Shown: in pieces, positions 37,172 through 47,272 of the stretch
How positions within the stretch are numbered: the first letter of the stretch is position 1
Layout: each line of letters begins with the position of its first letter
Source of the DNA: Gemmatimonadota bacterium
GTDB lineage: Bacteria > Gemmatimonadota > Gemmatimonadetes > Gemmatimonadales > Gemmatimonadaceae
NCBI GenBank assembly: GCA_031372565.1
Contig: JANMLN010000003.1
Span: forward strand, 1-57,760
Reading direction: 5' to 3'
DNA: 57,760 bases
Program-made: the position numbers and the translations under genes
Notes under the pieces: model-generated
The model's input: the letters and a program-made list of their open reading frames with translations, nothing else
What the model was told of the DNA's origin: nothing
Database searches by the model: none

Positions 37172-38607
37172 GGCGACCGGCGGTCTACGCCGCCGCGCTG
37201 CTGTGGTCCGCGGCCTGTGGCGGATCGAAGGAGGCCGCGACGGTTCCGGTGCCGGCCGAGGCGGTGCAGCGGCGTGACATCGTCGTGGATGCGTCGGCCA
37301 CGGGCACGGTGGAGCCGATCAACGTCGTGGACATCAAGTCGCGCGCCTCGGGGCAGATCATCAAGATGGCGGTCGAGGTGGGGTCCGTCGTGAAGCAGGG
37401 CGACGTGATCGTGCAGATCGACACGCGCGACGTGCAGAACCAGTTCGACCAGGCGCAGGCCAATGCGCGCGCCGCGGAGGCGAGCCTGTCGGTGGCGACC
37501 GCGCAGCGCAAGCGCTCGGACGAGCTGTTTGCCGGCAAGGTGATCACGCGGGCGGAGAACGAGACGGCCGACCTGCAGTTCACGCAGGCGCAGGCGCAGG
37601 TCGTGAGCGCGCGCGCCTCGCTCGACATCGCCAAGCAGCGGCTCGAGGACGCGGTGGTCCGGGCACCGATCACCGGCACGATCATCACCAAGAACGTGTC
37701 GCTCGGGACGATCATCACGTCGAGCCTGAACGCCGTCGGCGGCGGCACGACGCTGGTGCAGATGGCCGACCTGTCGAAGGTGCGATCGCGCGCGCTGGTG
37801 AACGAGACCGACGTGGGCGGCCTCAAGGCGGGCCAGGACGTGAAGGTGACGATCGATGCCTTCCCCGATCGGCCGTTCAAGGGGACCGTCGAGAAGATCG
37901 AGCCGCAGGCGGTGGTGCAGCAGAGCGTGACCATGTTTCCGGTGCTCATCTCGTTGCGCAACGAGGAAGGGCTGCTGCGCCCCGGCATGAATGGCGAAGT
38001 CTCGATCACGATCGAGCGGAAGCCGGGGGTGCTCGCGGTGTCGAACGATGCGGTGCGGAGCCCACGCGAGATCGGGAGTGCGGCCGCGTTGGTGGGGCTC
38101 GACCCCGACAGTGCGCGCGCTTCACTTGATGCGCAGCGGGGCGGGGGGAAGAAGCCGGGGAGCGGCGGACCGCCGGCGGCAGGGGTCCCGGGGGGCGACA
38201 GCGCGCGCACGCTCGGCGGCGGTCCGACCGGGGGCGCGGCGGGGGTGGCGCGCGGCGCGGGCGGTGGTGAGCCGTCGGGTGACCGCGGGGGACAGCGACA
38301 GGGTGGCGGCAAGGCGGACTCGAGCGGCGGCGCCAAGGTGCGCCCCGGCCTCGTGTTCGTGCAGGACGCCAAGGGGCGCTATGCGCCGCGCTTCGTGCGG
38401 CTTGGCGTACGGAACTACGACTACAGCGAAGTGCTGAGCGGGCTGCAGGAAGGGGAGAAGGTGGCGATGCTCGCCGCCGCGCAGCTGCAGGCCGCGCGCC
38501 AGAAGAGCAACGAGCAGTTCAAGTCGATGACGGGCGGCGGGATGCCAGGAGCGACGAAGCAGGCCGCTCCCGGGGCGGGCGGCGGCGCTCCCCGCCCGCG
38601 CGGTTAG
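37168..38607 (+). CDS. MacA-like periplasmic adaptor, lipoprotein
   Basis: Lipobox SAAC; ATGTVEP, VRAPITGTI, VNETDV and LRPGM motifs; Gly-rich insert. Confidence 0.92.
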   Translation: MRRPAVYAAALLWSAACGGSKEAATVPVPAEAVQRRDIVVDASATGTVEPINVVDIKSRASGQIIKMAVEVGSVVKQGDVIVQIDTRDVQNQFDQAQANARAAEASLSVATAQRKRSDELFAGKVITRAENETADLQFTQAQAQVVSARASLDIAKQRLEDAVVRAPITGTIITKNVSLGTIITSSLNAVGGGTTLVQMADLSKVRSRALVNETDVGGLKAGQDVKVTIDAFPDRPFKGTVEKIEPQAVVQQSVTMFPVLISLRNEEGLLRPGMNGEVSITIERKPGVLAVSNDAVRSPREIGSAAALVGLDPDSARASLDAQRGGGKKPGSGGPPAAGVPGGDSARTLGGGPTGGAAGVARGAGGGEPSGDRGGQRQGGGKADSSGGAKVRPGLVFVQDAKGRYAPRFVRLGVRNYDYSEVLSGLQEGEKVAMLAAAQLQAARQKSNEQFKSMTGGGMPGATKQAAPGAGGGAPRPRG

Positions 38608-38619
38608 CCGAGCAGCGCG

Positions 38620-39840
38620 ATGCTCTTCGGCGAGATCCTTCGCGTCGCCCTCGGGGCGCTCCGCGCGAACAAGCTGCGGTCGTTGCTGACGATGCTTGGC
38701 ATCGTGATCGGCGTGGCCGCCGTGATCGCGATGGTGGCACTCGGTTCGGGGGCACAGACCTCGATCAAGAACCGGATTGCGGCGCTGGGCACGACACTGC
38801 TGACGGTGAGTCCCGGACAGATTTTCGGCCGCGGCGTGGCGTCGGGGCAGGACCGGGCCCGGTTGTACTTGAAGGATGCCGATGCCGTTGCCGCGCAGGC
38901 CAAGTTCATTCTCGCGGTGCAACCCGAGATGAGCGCGCAGTACCAGGTCCAGTTCCAGAGTGCCAACACGAACACGCAGGTGGTCGGCACGACCGCCAAC
39001 TACATGACGGTGCGGAAGTACGAGCTCGCGCAGGGGCGGATGTTCACGGAGGGGGAGGATCGCAGCCGGCAGCGGCTCGCGGTTGTGGGGCCGGCCGTGG
39101 TCACCAATCTCGGACTCCAGTCGCCCGAGGCGATCGTGGGCGAGACGATCCGGATTCGCGGACTCCAGTTCACCGTGATTGGCGTCTTCAAGTCGAAGGG
39201 GCAGTCCAACCCGTTCTTCAATCCCGACGAGCAGGTGCTGGTGCCGATCACGACGGCGCGGTTCCGCCTGATGGGGACCGACCGGCTCCGCTCGATGTCG
39301 GTGCTGGCGGCCACCGAGAACGACATTCCGATGGCAATGGCGGAGATCCAGCGCGTGCTGCGCCGCGAACACAAGGTGCGCGCGGGCAAGGAGAACGATT
39401 TCTCCATCCGCAACCAGTCGGACTTCCTGAGCACCTTTGCGGAAACGACGCAGGTCTTCTCGTTCCTGCTGGCCGGCATCGCCGCGGTCTCGCTGCTCGT
39501 CGGCGGTATCGGCATCATGAACATCATGCTGGTGTCGGTCACGGAGCGGACGCGTGAAATCGGGGTGCGCAAGGCGCTGGGCGCGACCAAGCTGAACATT
39601 CTGCTCCAGTTCCTGATCGAGGCCGTCGTGCTCTGCCTGCTGGGTGGGCTGGTGGGCGTGCTGTTGGGGACCGGCGGCGCCATGGCGCTGGCCAGCCTCG
39701 CCGACTGGAACACGGAGATCAGCCCGGGGTCGATCGCGCTGGCGTTCGGCTTCTCGGCGTTGGTGGGAGTCCTGTTCGGTGTGTGGCCCGCCCGACGCGC
39801 GGCGGCGCTCGACCCGATCACGGCGCTGCGTTTCGAGTAG
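38620..39840 (+). CDS. MacB/FtsX-like ABC permease (no NBD)
   Basis: RSLLTMLGIVIG and GGIGIMNIMLVSVTERTREIGVRKALGA motifs. Confidence 0.95.
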   Translation: MLFGEILRVALGALRANKLRSLLTMLGIVIGVAAVIAMVALGSGAQTSIKNRIAALGTTLLTVSPGQIFGRGVASGQDRARLYLKDADAVAAQAKFILAVQPEMSAQYQVQFQSANTNTQVVGTTANYMTVRKYELAQGRMFTEGEDRSRQRLAVVGPAVVTNLGLQSPEAIVGETIRIRGLQFTVIGVFKSKGQSNPFFNPDEQVLVPITTARFRLMGTDRLRSMSVLAATENDIPMAMAEIQRVLRREHKVRAGKENDFSIRNQSDFLSTFAETTQVFSFLLAGIAAVSLLVGGIGIMNIMLVSVTERTREIGVRKALGATKLNILLQFLIEAVVLCLLGGLVGVLLGTGGAMALASLADWNTEISPGSIALAFGFSALVGVLFGVWPARRAAALDPITALRFE

Positions 39841-40034
39841 CGGCGTGGTGAGCGACTGGCGTGGAGACCCCCTGCCGGGGAGCACCGGTCACCATATGTT
39901 CCACAGGGGGTTGGTCACGTGACCGACCTCCTGTGCCGTGCTTCCTTGTTGGAATCCAACACCGGCGCGCCGCCAACCGCGTGCGCGACGGTTCCCGAGA
40001 GTTCCGGGCCGCCCCTCTGCCGGCCCATGGTGCC

Positions 40035-42026
40035 ATGAGCGTCTCCAAGGCCGAATCGGCCAGCACGTCGTCCCACCCCACCCCCGCGTTCACGGGGGCG
40101 ATCGATGTGCCCGGGACGGGCACTTTCGAGCGCGCGCGTCCGGAGTCCCACCCGCACGGACAGCGGCTGCGCATCCTCACCCTCACGGCGCTGGGCGTCG
40201 TGTACGGCGACATCGGGACCAGCCCGCTCTACGCGTTCAAGGAAGCGTTCCTGCCGGAGTACGGGCTCACCGCCGACGTGCTCACGGTCTACGGGCTGCT
40301 GTCGATGATCACGTGGGCGCTCATCCTCGTGGTGAGCGTCAAGTACATCTACTTCGTGATGAGGGCGGACAACCGGGGCGAAGGCGGGATTTTCGCCCTG
40401 CTCGCGCTGCTTCTCAAGGACACCCGCGAGGAACAGCAGTCGAAGCGTCGTCGAAAGATCATGATCTGGATGGCGATCTTCGGTGCCGCGCTGCTCTATG
40501 GCGACGGCGTGATCACGCCGGCCATCTCGGTGCTGGGCGCCATCGAGGGGCTCGAGGTCGCGACGCCGGCGTTCACGCGGTTCGTCGTGCCGATCACGAT
40601 CGTCATCCTGTTCACGCTGTTCCTGTTCCAGAGGCACGGCACGGAGCGCGTCGGCAAGGTGTTCGGTCCGGTGATGGCGATCTGGTTCATCACGATCGGG
40701 AGCCTCGGCGTGTGGCACATCGTGCAGCGGCCAGAGATCCTGTGGGCGCTGAACCCGTGGTATGGTGTGCGCTTCTTCGTGGAGCACGGAGTCGCCGGCG
40801 CGATCGTGCTCGGCGCGGTGGTGCTCGCGGTGACGGGGGCCGAGGCGCTGTACGCGGACATGGGCCATTTCGGGCGACGACCGATCGCGTTGGCCTGGTT
40901 CGCACTGGTGTTGCCGGCGCTGCTGCTCAACTATTTCGGGCAGGGTGCGCTGGTGCTGGGCGACCCATCGGCGGCCACGCACAATCCGTTCTACCTGATG
41001 GCCCCGCGCGCGTTGCTGTATCCGTTGATCGCGATCGCGGCGATGGCCGCCATCGTGGCGTCACAGGCGCTGATCTCCGGGGCGTTCTCGCTGACGCAAC
41101 AGGCCGTGCAGCTGGGCTACTCGCCGCGCGTGACGATCCTGCACACGTCGAAGACCGAGGCCGGGCAGATCTACGTGCCCGAGGTGAACACGGCGCTCGC
41201 GATCGGGTGCATCCTGATCGTGCTCGCCTTCCGCTCGGTGTCGGCGCTCTCGGCCGCGTACGGGATTGCCGTGACGGGGACGATGGCGATCACGAGCGCG
41301 CTGTACTACGTCGTGCTGACCACTCGGTTCGGCTGGCCCCGGGGACGGGCCGTGGCGCTGACGCTGGCGTTCTTCGTGATCGACTTCGCCTTTCTGGGTG
41401 CGAACCTGGTCAAGATCGAGAATGGTGGATGGGTGCCGATCGTCGTGGCGCTCGGGCTGTTCGTGCTCATGACGACATGGAAGCGCGGACGAATCGACCT
41501 GACCGCCGAGCTCGGCAAGCGGACCATCCCGCTCGAGACGCTGCTCGAGGACATCGAGCGCAAGAAGCCCGTCCGCGTCGAGGGCACGGCGGTCTTCATG
41601 ACGTCGACGCCGGGCGGCGTGCCGTTGGTGCTGCTGCACCACATGAAGCACAACAAGGTGTTTCACCGGCAGGTGGTGTTGCTCTCGATTCTCACCGGCG
41701 ACGTGCCGCTGGTACCGGCAGAAGAGCGCGTCCAGGTTGAACCGCTGGGGCACGGCTTCTTTCGCGTGGTGGCCACCTACGGCATCATGCAGAAGCCCGA
41801 CGTGAACGACGTGCTCAAGCTGGCGCAGAAGGAGGGGTTGGTCGTGCGCCGGGACATCACCTTCTACCTTGGCCGCGAACTGATCATTCCGAAGGGCGCC
41901 AGCACGATGGCGAAGTGGCGAAAGGTGATCTTCATCTTCCTGTCGCGGAATGCACGCTCACCATCGGCGTTCTTCAACATTCCCGAAGGACGTGTCGTCG
42001 AGCTGGGAGCGCAGGTCGAGTTGTAG
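40035..42026 (+). CDS. kup: KUP/HAK/KT potassium transporter
   Basis: ALGVVYGDIGTSPLYA, DNRGEGG, GDGVITPAISV, TGAEALYADMGHF and GQIYVP motifs. Confidence 0.97.
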   Translation: MSVSKAESASTSSHPTPAFTGAIDVPGTGTFERARPESHPHGQRLRILTLTALGVVYGDIGTSPLYAFKEAFLPEYGLTADVLTVYGLLSMITWALILVVSVKYIYFVMRADNRGEGGIFALLALLLKDTREEQQSKRRRKIMIWMAIFGAALLYGDGVITPAISVLGAIEGLEVATPAFTRFVVPITIVILFTLFLFQRHGTERVGKVFGPVMAIWFITIGSLGVWHIVQRPEILWALNPWYGVRFFVEHGVAGAIVLGAVVLAVTGAEALYADMGHFGRRPIALAWFALVLPALLLNYFGQGALVLGDPSAATHNPFYLMAPRALLYPLIAIAAMAAIVASQALISGAFSLTQQAVQLGYSPRVTILHTSKTEAGQIYVPEVNTALAIGCILIVLAFRSVSALSAAYGIAVTGTMAITSALYYVVLTTRFGWPRGRAVALTLAFFVIDFAFLGANLVKIENGGWVPIVVALGLFVLMTTWKRGRIDLTAELGKRTIPLETLLEDIERKKPVRVEGTAVFMTSTPGGVPLVLLHHMKHNKVFHRQVVLLSILTGDVPLVPAEERVQVEPLGHGFFRVVATYGIMQKPDVNDVLKLAQKEGLVVRRDITFYLGRELIIPKGASTMAKWRKVIFIFLSRNARSPSAFFNIPEGRVVELGAQVEL

Positions 42027-42143
42027 CCCGGCGTCCAGCGTTTCGGGCCGCTCGGGTGTATGCAGTGCGAGTGGGATCGCGGCTCGGTCCCGCTGCAGCG
42101 TGACGTGTCCATCGTTTCGACCATTCAACCCAGGATGCCCCTG

Positions 42144-42923
42144 ATGTCCCGTCTTCGCACCACCGCCCTCACCGCCGCTGCGCTTGCGCTGGCCGTCGCC
42201 GCCCGCCCTGCTGGCGCGCAGTCGCTGTTCGAGGGACAGATCACCATGACGCTCAAGTCCGCGCGTGGGTCGATCCCGACCGAGCTGTACATGCGGAACG
42301 GCGTGACGCGCATGGACGTTGCCGGCCCGGGCGGCGGCTCGATGACCATGGTCAACGACCCGTCCAAGAAGGAAATGCTGATGATCATGGCCGAGCGGCA
42401 GATGTACATCCGCCGTTCGACCGACATGGCCGCGATGCCGCAGAATCCGAACATGCCGGCGCCCGGTCCGAAGCCGACGGTCACCAAGACGGGCAAGATG
42501 GAGACGATCGCCGGCATCTCCTGCGAGCACTACACGATCACGCATGAAGGTGGCGAGAGCGAAGACGCCTGCATCGCCGGCGGGATGGGCACCTTCGCTC
42601 CGGCCGGTGGCGGCGGCATGATGGGTGGCATGGGCGGACGCGGCATGGGCGGCGGTGGTGGACAGGGCGGTGGTCCTGGCGGCCCCGGCGGTGGACCAGG
42701 TGCCGGTGAGCGCCGTGCACCGCCGCGGCAGGAGCTCGGCTGGGCGCGCGACCTCGACAAGGGGATGTTCCCGCTCAAGGTCGTGAAGAACGGCGAGACC
42801 GTGCTCGAAGTGACCAAGGTCGAGAAGAAGAAGGTCGACCCCACCCTGTTCGACGCGCCCGAAGGCTTTCAGGACATGAGCGCGATGATGGGCGGTGGTC
42901 GCGGCGGACGTCCGCCGGCGTAA
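42144..42923 (+). CDS. Secreted DUF4412-like protein with Gly-rich insert
   Basis: Signal peptide; FEGQIT, KTGKMETIAGISCEHY, FPLK and LFDAPEGF motifs. Confidence 0.75.
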   Translation: MSRLRTTALTAAALALAVAARPAGAQSLFEGQITMTLKSARGSIPTELYMRNGVTRMDVAGPGGGSMTMVNDPSKKEMLMIMAERQMYIRRSTDMAAMPQNPNMPAPGPKPTVTKTGKMETIAGISCEHYTITHEGGESEDACIAGGMGTFAPAGGGGMMGGMGGRGMGGGGGQGGGPGGPGGGPGAGERRAPPRQELGWARDLDKGMFPLKVVKNGETVLEVTKVEKKKVDPTLFDAPEGFQDMSAMMGGGRGGRPPA

Positions 42924-43834
42924 GTGATCCGGCGCGCGCTGCTGGGAATGCTGCTGGCGGTCGCCGCGTGTGGCGGAGGTGATGAAGCCTCCGACTACGC
43001 AGCGACCCGCCAGGAGATCGCCACAGTCGAGGGGGCGTTGTCGATCGCCATCGACAGCGCCCCCTCGGCCGAATCGAGACGATCGGGAATTCACTGGTCG
43101 TGGCATCAGGCCCGACCGCGCATCCGTGGCGCTTTCGTCTCGTGCAGGACACCACGATCAACGCCTTCGCGCTGCCGGGCGGCTTCGTGTACGTCAACAC
43201 GGCCCTCGTGCGATCGGCGCGCAATGTCGACGAGCTCGCCGGGGTGCTGGGTCACGAGGTGGCGCACGCACGGCTGCGACACGGCGCGAAGCAGCAGGAC
43301 AAGGCGACGGCCACCACGCTTGTCGTCTCGTTGTTCTGCGGGCTGACATCCTGGTGCAACAACGCCGTGACTGAGGCCGTGCTTCGCGTTGGCGCGGGTG
43401 CCGCCTTCGCCAAGTTCTCGCGGACCGACGAGCTGCAGGCGGACTCGGCAGGCTTGCTCTACGCCGCGCGCGCAGGGTACGACCCGCGCGGCGTCATCCG
43501 CTTCTTCGAAACACTGCAGGCGAAGGGCGGCTCCGGATTGCCCGCAGCGCTCACCTTCCTCTCGTCGCACCCGATGGAGGAGACGCGGATCGCACGTGCG
43601 ACGGCGTTGTTGCCCGCGGCACCACCAGTCGAGCCTGCACCGGCCAACGTGCGTGAGGCGTTTGCCGCTCTCAAGGCGGCGGTGGCCCCGGGGCGCACGC
43701 TCGTGACCACAACGCCGACACCCGCGCGCAGCACAACGAACGCACGCACCGATCGGCCGGCCGAGGACTCCGCTACAGCGGTACCGTCACCCGCAGCACG
43801 AGGTGGCGCCCCATCTCCCGCGCAAACCCCTTGA
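42924..43834 (+). pseudogene. M48 (BepA/LoiP-like) metalloprotease lipoprotein split by a 1-nt frameshift near 43060-43064
   Basis: Frame A: lipobox VAAC...IDSA. Frame B: LGRIETIGNSLV...INAFALPGGFVYV...GHEVAH...FSRTDELQAD...SSHP. Confidence 0.8.
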
Positions 43835-46013
43835 ACCGGTTGAGCGGACGACTGTAGGTCACGTCGCCCGCATTGCGCAGCAGCACATCGAGGTGCACCG
43901 GACCGCGCGCGCCCGGTAGCTCCAGTCCACCCTGCAGATCAAACATGTGGAATCCTGCGGGGGCCACCTCGGCCACGTCGGGGCGCGTCTGCCGCATCAT
44001 CTGTTCGCCACTCACGCCCAGGGTGGCGAGCACGCCGCGACCGACGCGAAGATCGCGCCAGGTCGCGCCGTACAGGAGGCGCAACGGCGGCATGAACGGC
44101 AGCGGAGTGACGAGCGACTCGTTGGTGCCGAGGCTCAGGTCCGCGCCGGCGGTCACCTCGAGGTTCCGCCGCACCTGCCAGGTCGCGCTCCCCTCGAATC
44201 CGCTGATCAGGGCGCGTCCCTGCGTGAAGCGGAAGATCTCGAACCCGGTGCGTGGCTCACGCACACCGGTCGGCCGATAATAGATGAAGCCGTCAATCGC
44301 GTTGCGGTACGCCGTCACCTCGGCGTGCCAGTCGGTCCGCTCGACGCGCAGGCCTGCCTCGATGTTCAGCGAGCGCTCCACATCCAGCGCAGGATCACCG
44401 ATCTCGTACGCGAGTGTCCCCTGATGCACGCCGTTGGCGTACAGCTCGCTCGGCTGCGGCGCGCGAAAGCCGCGTCCGAGATTGGCCACGAGCGCGATGC
44501 CGTCGGCCGCGTGCCACACCGCGCCGAGATTTCCGGAGAGTGCGGTCCAGTCCTTCTGCTGCGGCGCGAGCGAGAGGGCCGTCGACGGCGCGGTCGCGAG
44601 CGAGCGGATGTCGCCACGGAGGCCGGCGGCGAACTCGAACTGCCCGCCGCGCCACTGCTCGAAGGCGTAGAGTCCCACGTCGTGCCAGCGATAGGCGGGC
44701 AGGAGTGGCTCAAGGCCGCCGCCCTCGAAGGTGAGCGCCGAGTACGAGATGCCGAACGCGCCTTCGAGTCCGAATCGCGGTGCGTGCAGCAATCGCGCGT
44801 CGGCGGTGAGCGTGCGCGCGTCGAGCGCGGTGGTCGCATCAGCAGCACCTCGCGAGGCGAACTCCGCGCGCTTGTTGTGCTGGAGACCGACGCCGAGTTC
44901 AAGGCGATCGGCGCCGAGCTGCAGCCGGGCTTCGGCACGCACCAAGTCGGTGCTGATGCGCTGGAAGCCGCTGTAGAGCGGATCGACGAGCGGATCTTCG
45001 GCAATGGCCGGGCGCTCGCGCTTGCCCGAATACTCGAGCTGCGCGCTGCCCCAGGCGCCGCGTGCACCAACGGCTCCGCCGCCACCGACCATGTCGTATG
45101 CACTGTTGCGGAGCGGACCAGCCGGCGTGCGCAGGTCACCGGCGACCTGTCCGGCGAGCGATGTACGCCACCCGAACGCACCGCGGGCGCCCTCGAGCGC
45201 GATGCTCCCCTCGGGGGCCGAGTTGTTGGTGACGTAGCCGGCGCGCAGGCGCGCCTGCATGAACGGGTCGCGCCCCAGTGCGTCAGGCAGCGGACGCGCG
45301 ATCACGTTGGCGACGCCACCGAGCGCATCGGAGCCGTACAACACCGACGCGGGCCCGCGTACGACCTCGATCGCGGCGGCATCGGGCAGTTCGATGTTGG
45401 GGGCGTGATCCTCGCCCCACTGCTGGAACTCCTGCCGTTGTCCGTTGGCGACCACGAGGACGCGATTGCCGGTGAGGCCACGAATGACTGGTTTGCCAAT
45501 CTCCGGACCGAGGCTCTGGTTCTGGACCCCGGGCATGCGCGCGATGGTTTCGCCGAGCGATGGCGCGCGCGCCGTCCGGAGCACGGTCTCGTCCATGGTG
45601 GCGGTGGCCTGCGGCGCGTCGAAGACGCGGGTGGCGAGCGGCGTGGCGCTCACCTGCACGGCACCGAGGGCGACGACGGCAGGCTGGAGCACGACGTGGA
45701 GGGTATCGGTCAGCGCGAGCACCGGCATGACCGTGCGCGAGACGGGGCGAAAGCCCGGCCGCGTGACGACGACCCGTACGGTGGTGTGCGGCAGCTCGGC
45801 GAAGCGTGCGCATCCGTCGGCGCCGGTACGCGCGGTGCGGGCGGCCTCGAGCACGCGCACGGTCGCACCGGCGACCGGCGCACCGGTGGTGTCGGCTCCG
45901 CAGGTCACGAGCAGGCGGACCCCCTGCGCCCGGGCGCTCGGCGTCGCAACGAGAACCGCCGCACCGGCGAGGGCGAGGCGGCGCGCGGAGAGAGTTAGTA
46001 GAGGCTTCTGCAT
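43773..46013 (-). CDS. TonB-dependent receptor, probably metal uptake
   Basis: N-terminal CarboxypepD_reg-like domain; plug motifs KPVIRGL and IEVVRGPASVLYGSDALGG; GFRAP; barrel C-terminus. Confidence 0.93.
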   Translation of the reverse strand: MQKPLLTLSARRLALAGAAVLVATPSARAQGVRLLVTCGADTTGAPVAGATVRVLEAARTARTGADGCARFAELPHTTVRVVVTRPGFRPVSRTVMPVLALTDTLHVVLQPAVVALGAVQVSATPLATRVFDAPQATATMDETVLRTARAPSLGETIARMPGVQNQSLGPEIGKPVIRGLTGNRVLVVANGQRQEFQQWGEDHAPNIELPDAAAIEVVRGPASVLYGSDALGGVANVIARPLPDALGRDPFMQARLRAGYVTNNSAPEGSIALEGARGAFGWRTSLAGQVAGDLRTPAGPLRNSAYDMVGGGGAVGARGAWGSAQLEYSGKRERPAIAEDPLVDPLYSGFQRISTDLVRAEARLQLGADRLELGVGLQHNKRAEFASRGAADATTALDARTLTADARLLHAPRFGLEGAFGISYSALTFEGGGLEPLLPAYRWHDVGLYAFEQWRGGQFEFAAGLRGDIRSLATAPSTALSLAPQQKDWTALSGNLGAVWHAADGIALVANLGRGFRAPQPSELYANGVHQGTLAYEIGDPALDVERSLNIEAGLRVERTDWHAEVTAYRNAIDGFIYYRPTGVREPRTGFEIFRFTQGRALISGFEGSATWQVRRNLEVTAGADLSLGTNESLVTPLPFMPPLRLLYGATWRDLRVGRGVLATLGVSGEQMMRQTRPDVAEVAPAGFHMFDLQGGLELPGARGPVHLDVLLRNAGDVTYSRPLNRFKGFAREMGRHLVLRVTVPL

Positions 46014-46015
46014 TT

Positions 46016-46031
46016 GTTAGGTATGCCTAAC
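46016..46031. promoter_or_regulatory. DtxR/MntR-type operator upstream of the TonB receptor
   Basis: GTTAGG-TATG-CCTAAC palindrome 2 nt from the ATG; TTGACG on the minus strand at 46057-46052. Confidence 0.7.
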
Positions 46032-46145
46032 TTTATACAGTGCGCCTTTGACGTCAAGGCATGCGGGGGTTCGCACGCGATGCCTGTCTGGGCCGCCTCG
46101 CGACCTGCCGCGCGCGCGGCAGGTCGCCGATCAGCACGGCAGCGG

Positions 46146-47090
46146 CTAGATGCTGACCGTACCCCGGACGATGCGCGGCATCGCGGTGCGCGGCATCGGG
46201 ACCCGCGGCATCGTCAAGCCGCGCAGGTTGATCGCGCCGCCGTCGTCTCCGAAGATGAAGGCGCCCATGTTGTCGCCGACGTCCGAGGCCTTCCCCAGCT
46301 TGACCTTGATCTCCTTGTAGCGTCCGTTCTGGAAGACGCGCAGCGTGACGTCGTCGCCGGGCTTCTTGTCGCGCAGCGCCTTGGTGAGTCGATTGCGGCG
46401 GGCGTTGCCGATCGCGTCGTCCCCCGCATCCTCGCGCGGGACGCGCAGGTCGATGCCGTCGATCGCGGCAATGCGATCACCTTCGGCGATGCCGGCCTTC
46501 TCGGCCGGGCCACCGTCGGTGACACTCGAGAGGAAGACGCCGAGCGTATCGCGCTTCCCTCCAGAGCCGCCCATCGCGACGCCGAGCACGGCGCGATTGT
46601 TGACACGCTCACGGGCATCGCGCGCGGACACCGACATCATGTCGTCACTCGAACCGGTCTTGACCCGCAGCGACTTGACGCTGCCATTCGACCAGACGCC
46701 GAGCGTGACCTCGTCGCCGGGCTTGACCTTGCCGAGCTCGCGGTGGAGCCGGTTCTGCATCATGCCGATGAGTTCGGGTTCGCCCGCGTCCTCCCGGTCG
46801 AGCTTGAGGTTGACGCCATTGATGGATTGGAGGCGCTGTCCCTCCTCGAGCCCGGCTTTGTCGGCGGGGGAGTTGGCGGTGACGGACTGGATGAGCAGGC
46901 CCAGGGTGTCGCGCTTGCCGCCCGAGCCAGTGGAGATGCCGAGGAAGGCGCGTTCGCTCCCGTCGGTACTGAAGGCGAAGCTGCCGCCCGGCGCGCGCGT
47001 GATGGTGACGCTGCGCGATTGGGCAGAGGCGGGCTGACTGAGCAACGCCGCCAGTGGCAGGATGAGAACGGGCAGGGTGGTGTATCGCAT
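46146..47090 (-). CDS. Secreted tandem-PDZ protein without a protease domain
   Basis: Signal peptide; two copies of LG(I/V)..GKRDTLG...V..(NS/GG)PAxKAG..EG.R...I(N/D)G. Confidence 0.88.
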   Translation of the reverse strand: MRYTTLPVLILPLAALLSQPASAQSRSVTITRAPGGSFAFSTDGSERAFLGISTGSGGKRDTLGLLIQSVTANSPADKAGLEEGQRLQSINGVNLKLDREDAGEPELIGMMQNRLHRELGKVKPGDEVTLGVWSNGSVKSLRVKTGSSDDMMSVSARDARERVNNRAVLGVAMGGSGGKRDTLGVFLSSVTDGGPAEKAGIAEGDRIAAIDGIDLRVPREDAGDDAIGNARRNRLTKALRDKKPGDDVTLRVFQNGRYKEIKVKLGKASDVGDNMGAFIFGDDGGAINLRGLTMPRVPMPRTAMPRIVRGTVSI

Positions 47091-47144
47091 GGGCGCGCTC
47101 CTGAACGAGGAGAAGGGGATCGAATGGCTGCTGCTGCCTGCATG

Positions 47145-47221
47145 GACACCAGGGGTGGGACGAATGGTTGCCGCCCGGTCGGCGCGCCGGGGGACGCAAC
47201 CCTTCCGGCAGTCGTCCTGTC
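47145..47221. promoter_or_regulatory. Back-to-back candidate ECF promoters
   Basis: Plus strand GCAACC(47196)-N17-GTC; minus strand GCAACC(47171)-N18-GTC. Confidence 0.55.
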
Positions 47222-47272
47222 GGAGGGGGGCACACAGCCGATCTGGCTGAACGCGAACGACCCTGGGGACGC

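Noticed and set aside
38130..38340. G-rich low-complexity tracts (also 42600-42710)
   Set aside because: Explained by Gly-rich linkers within coding sequences.
39841..40034. c-di-AMP (ydaO) riboswitch upstream of kup
   Set aside because: The consensus was not recognisable; only a 12-bp palindrome (ggtcacgtgacc) of unknown meaning is present.
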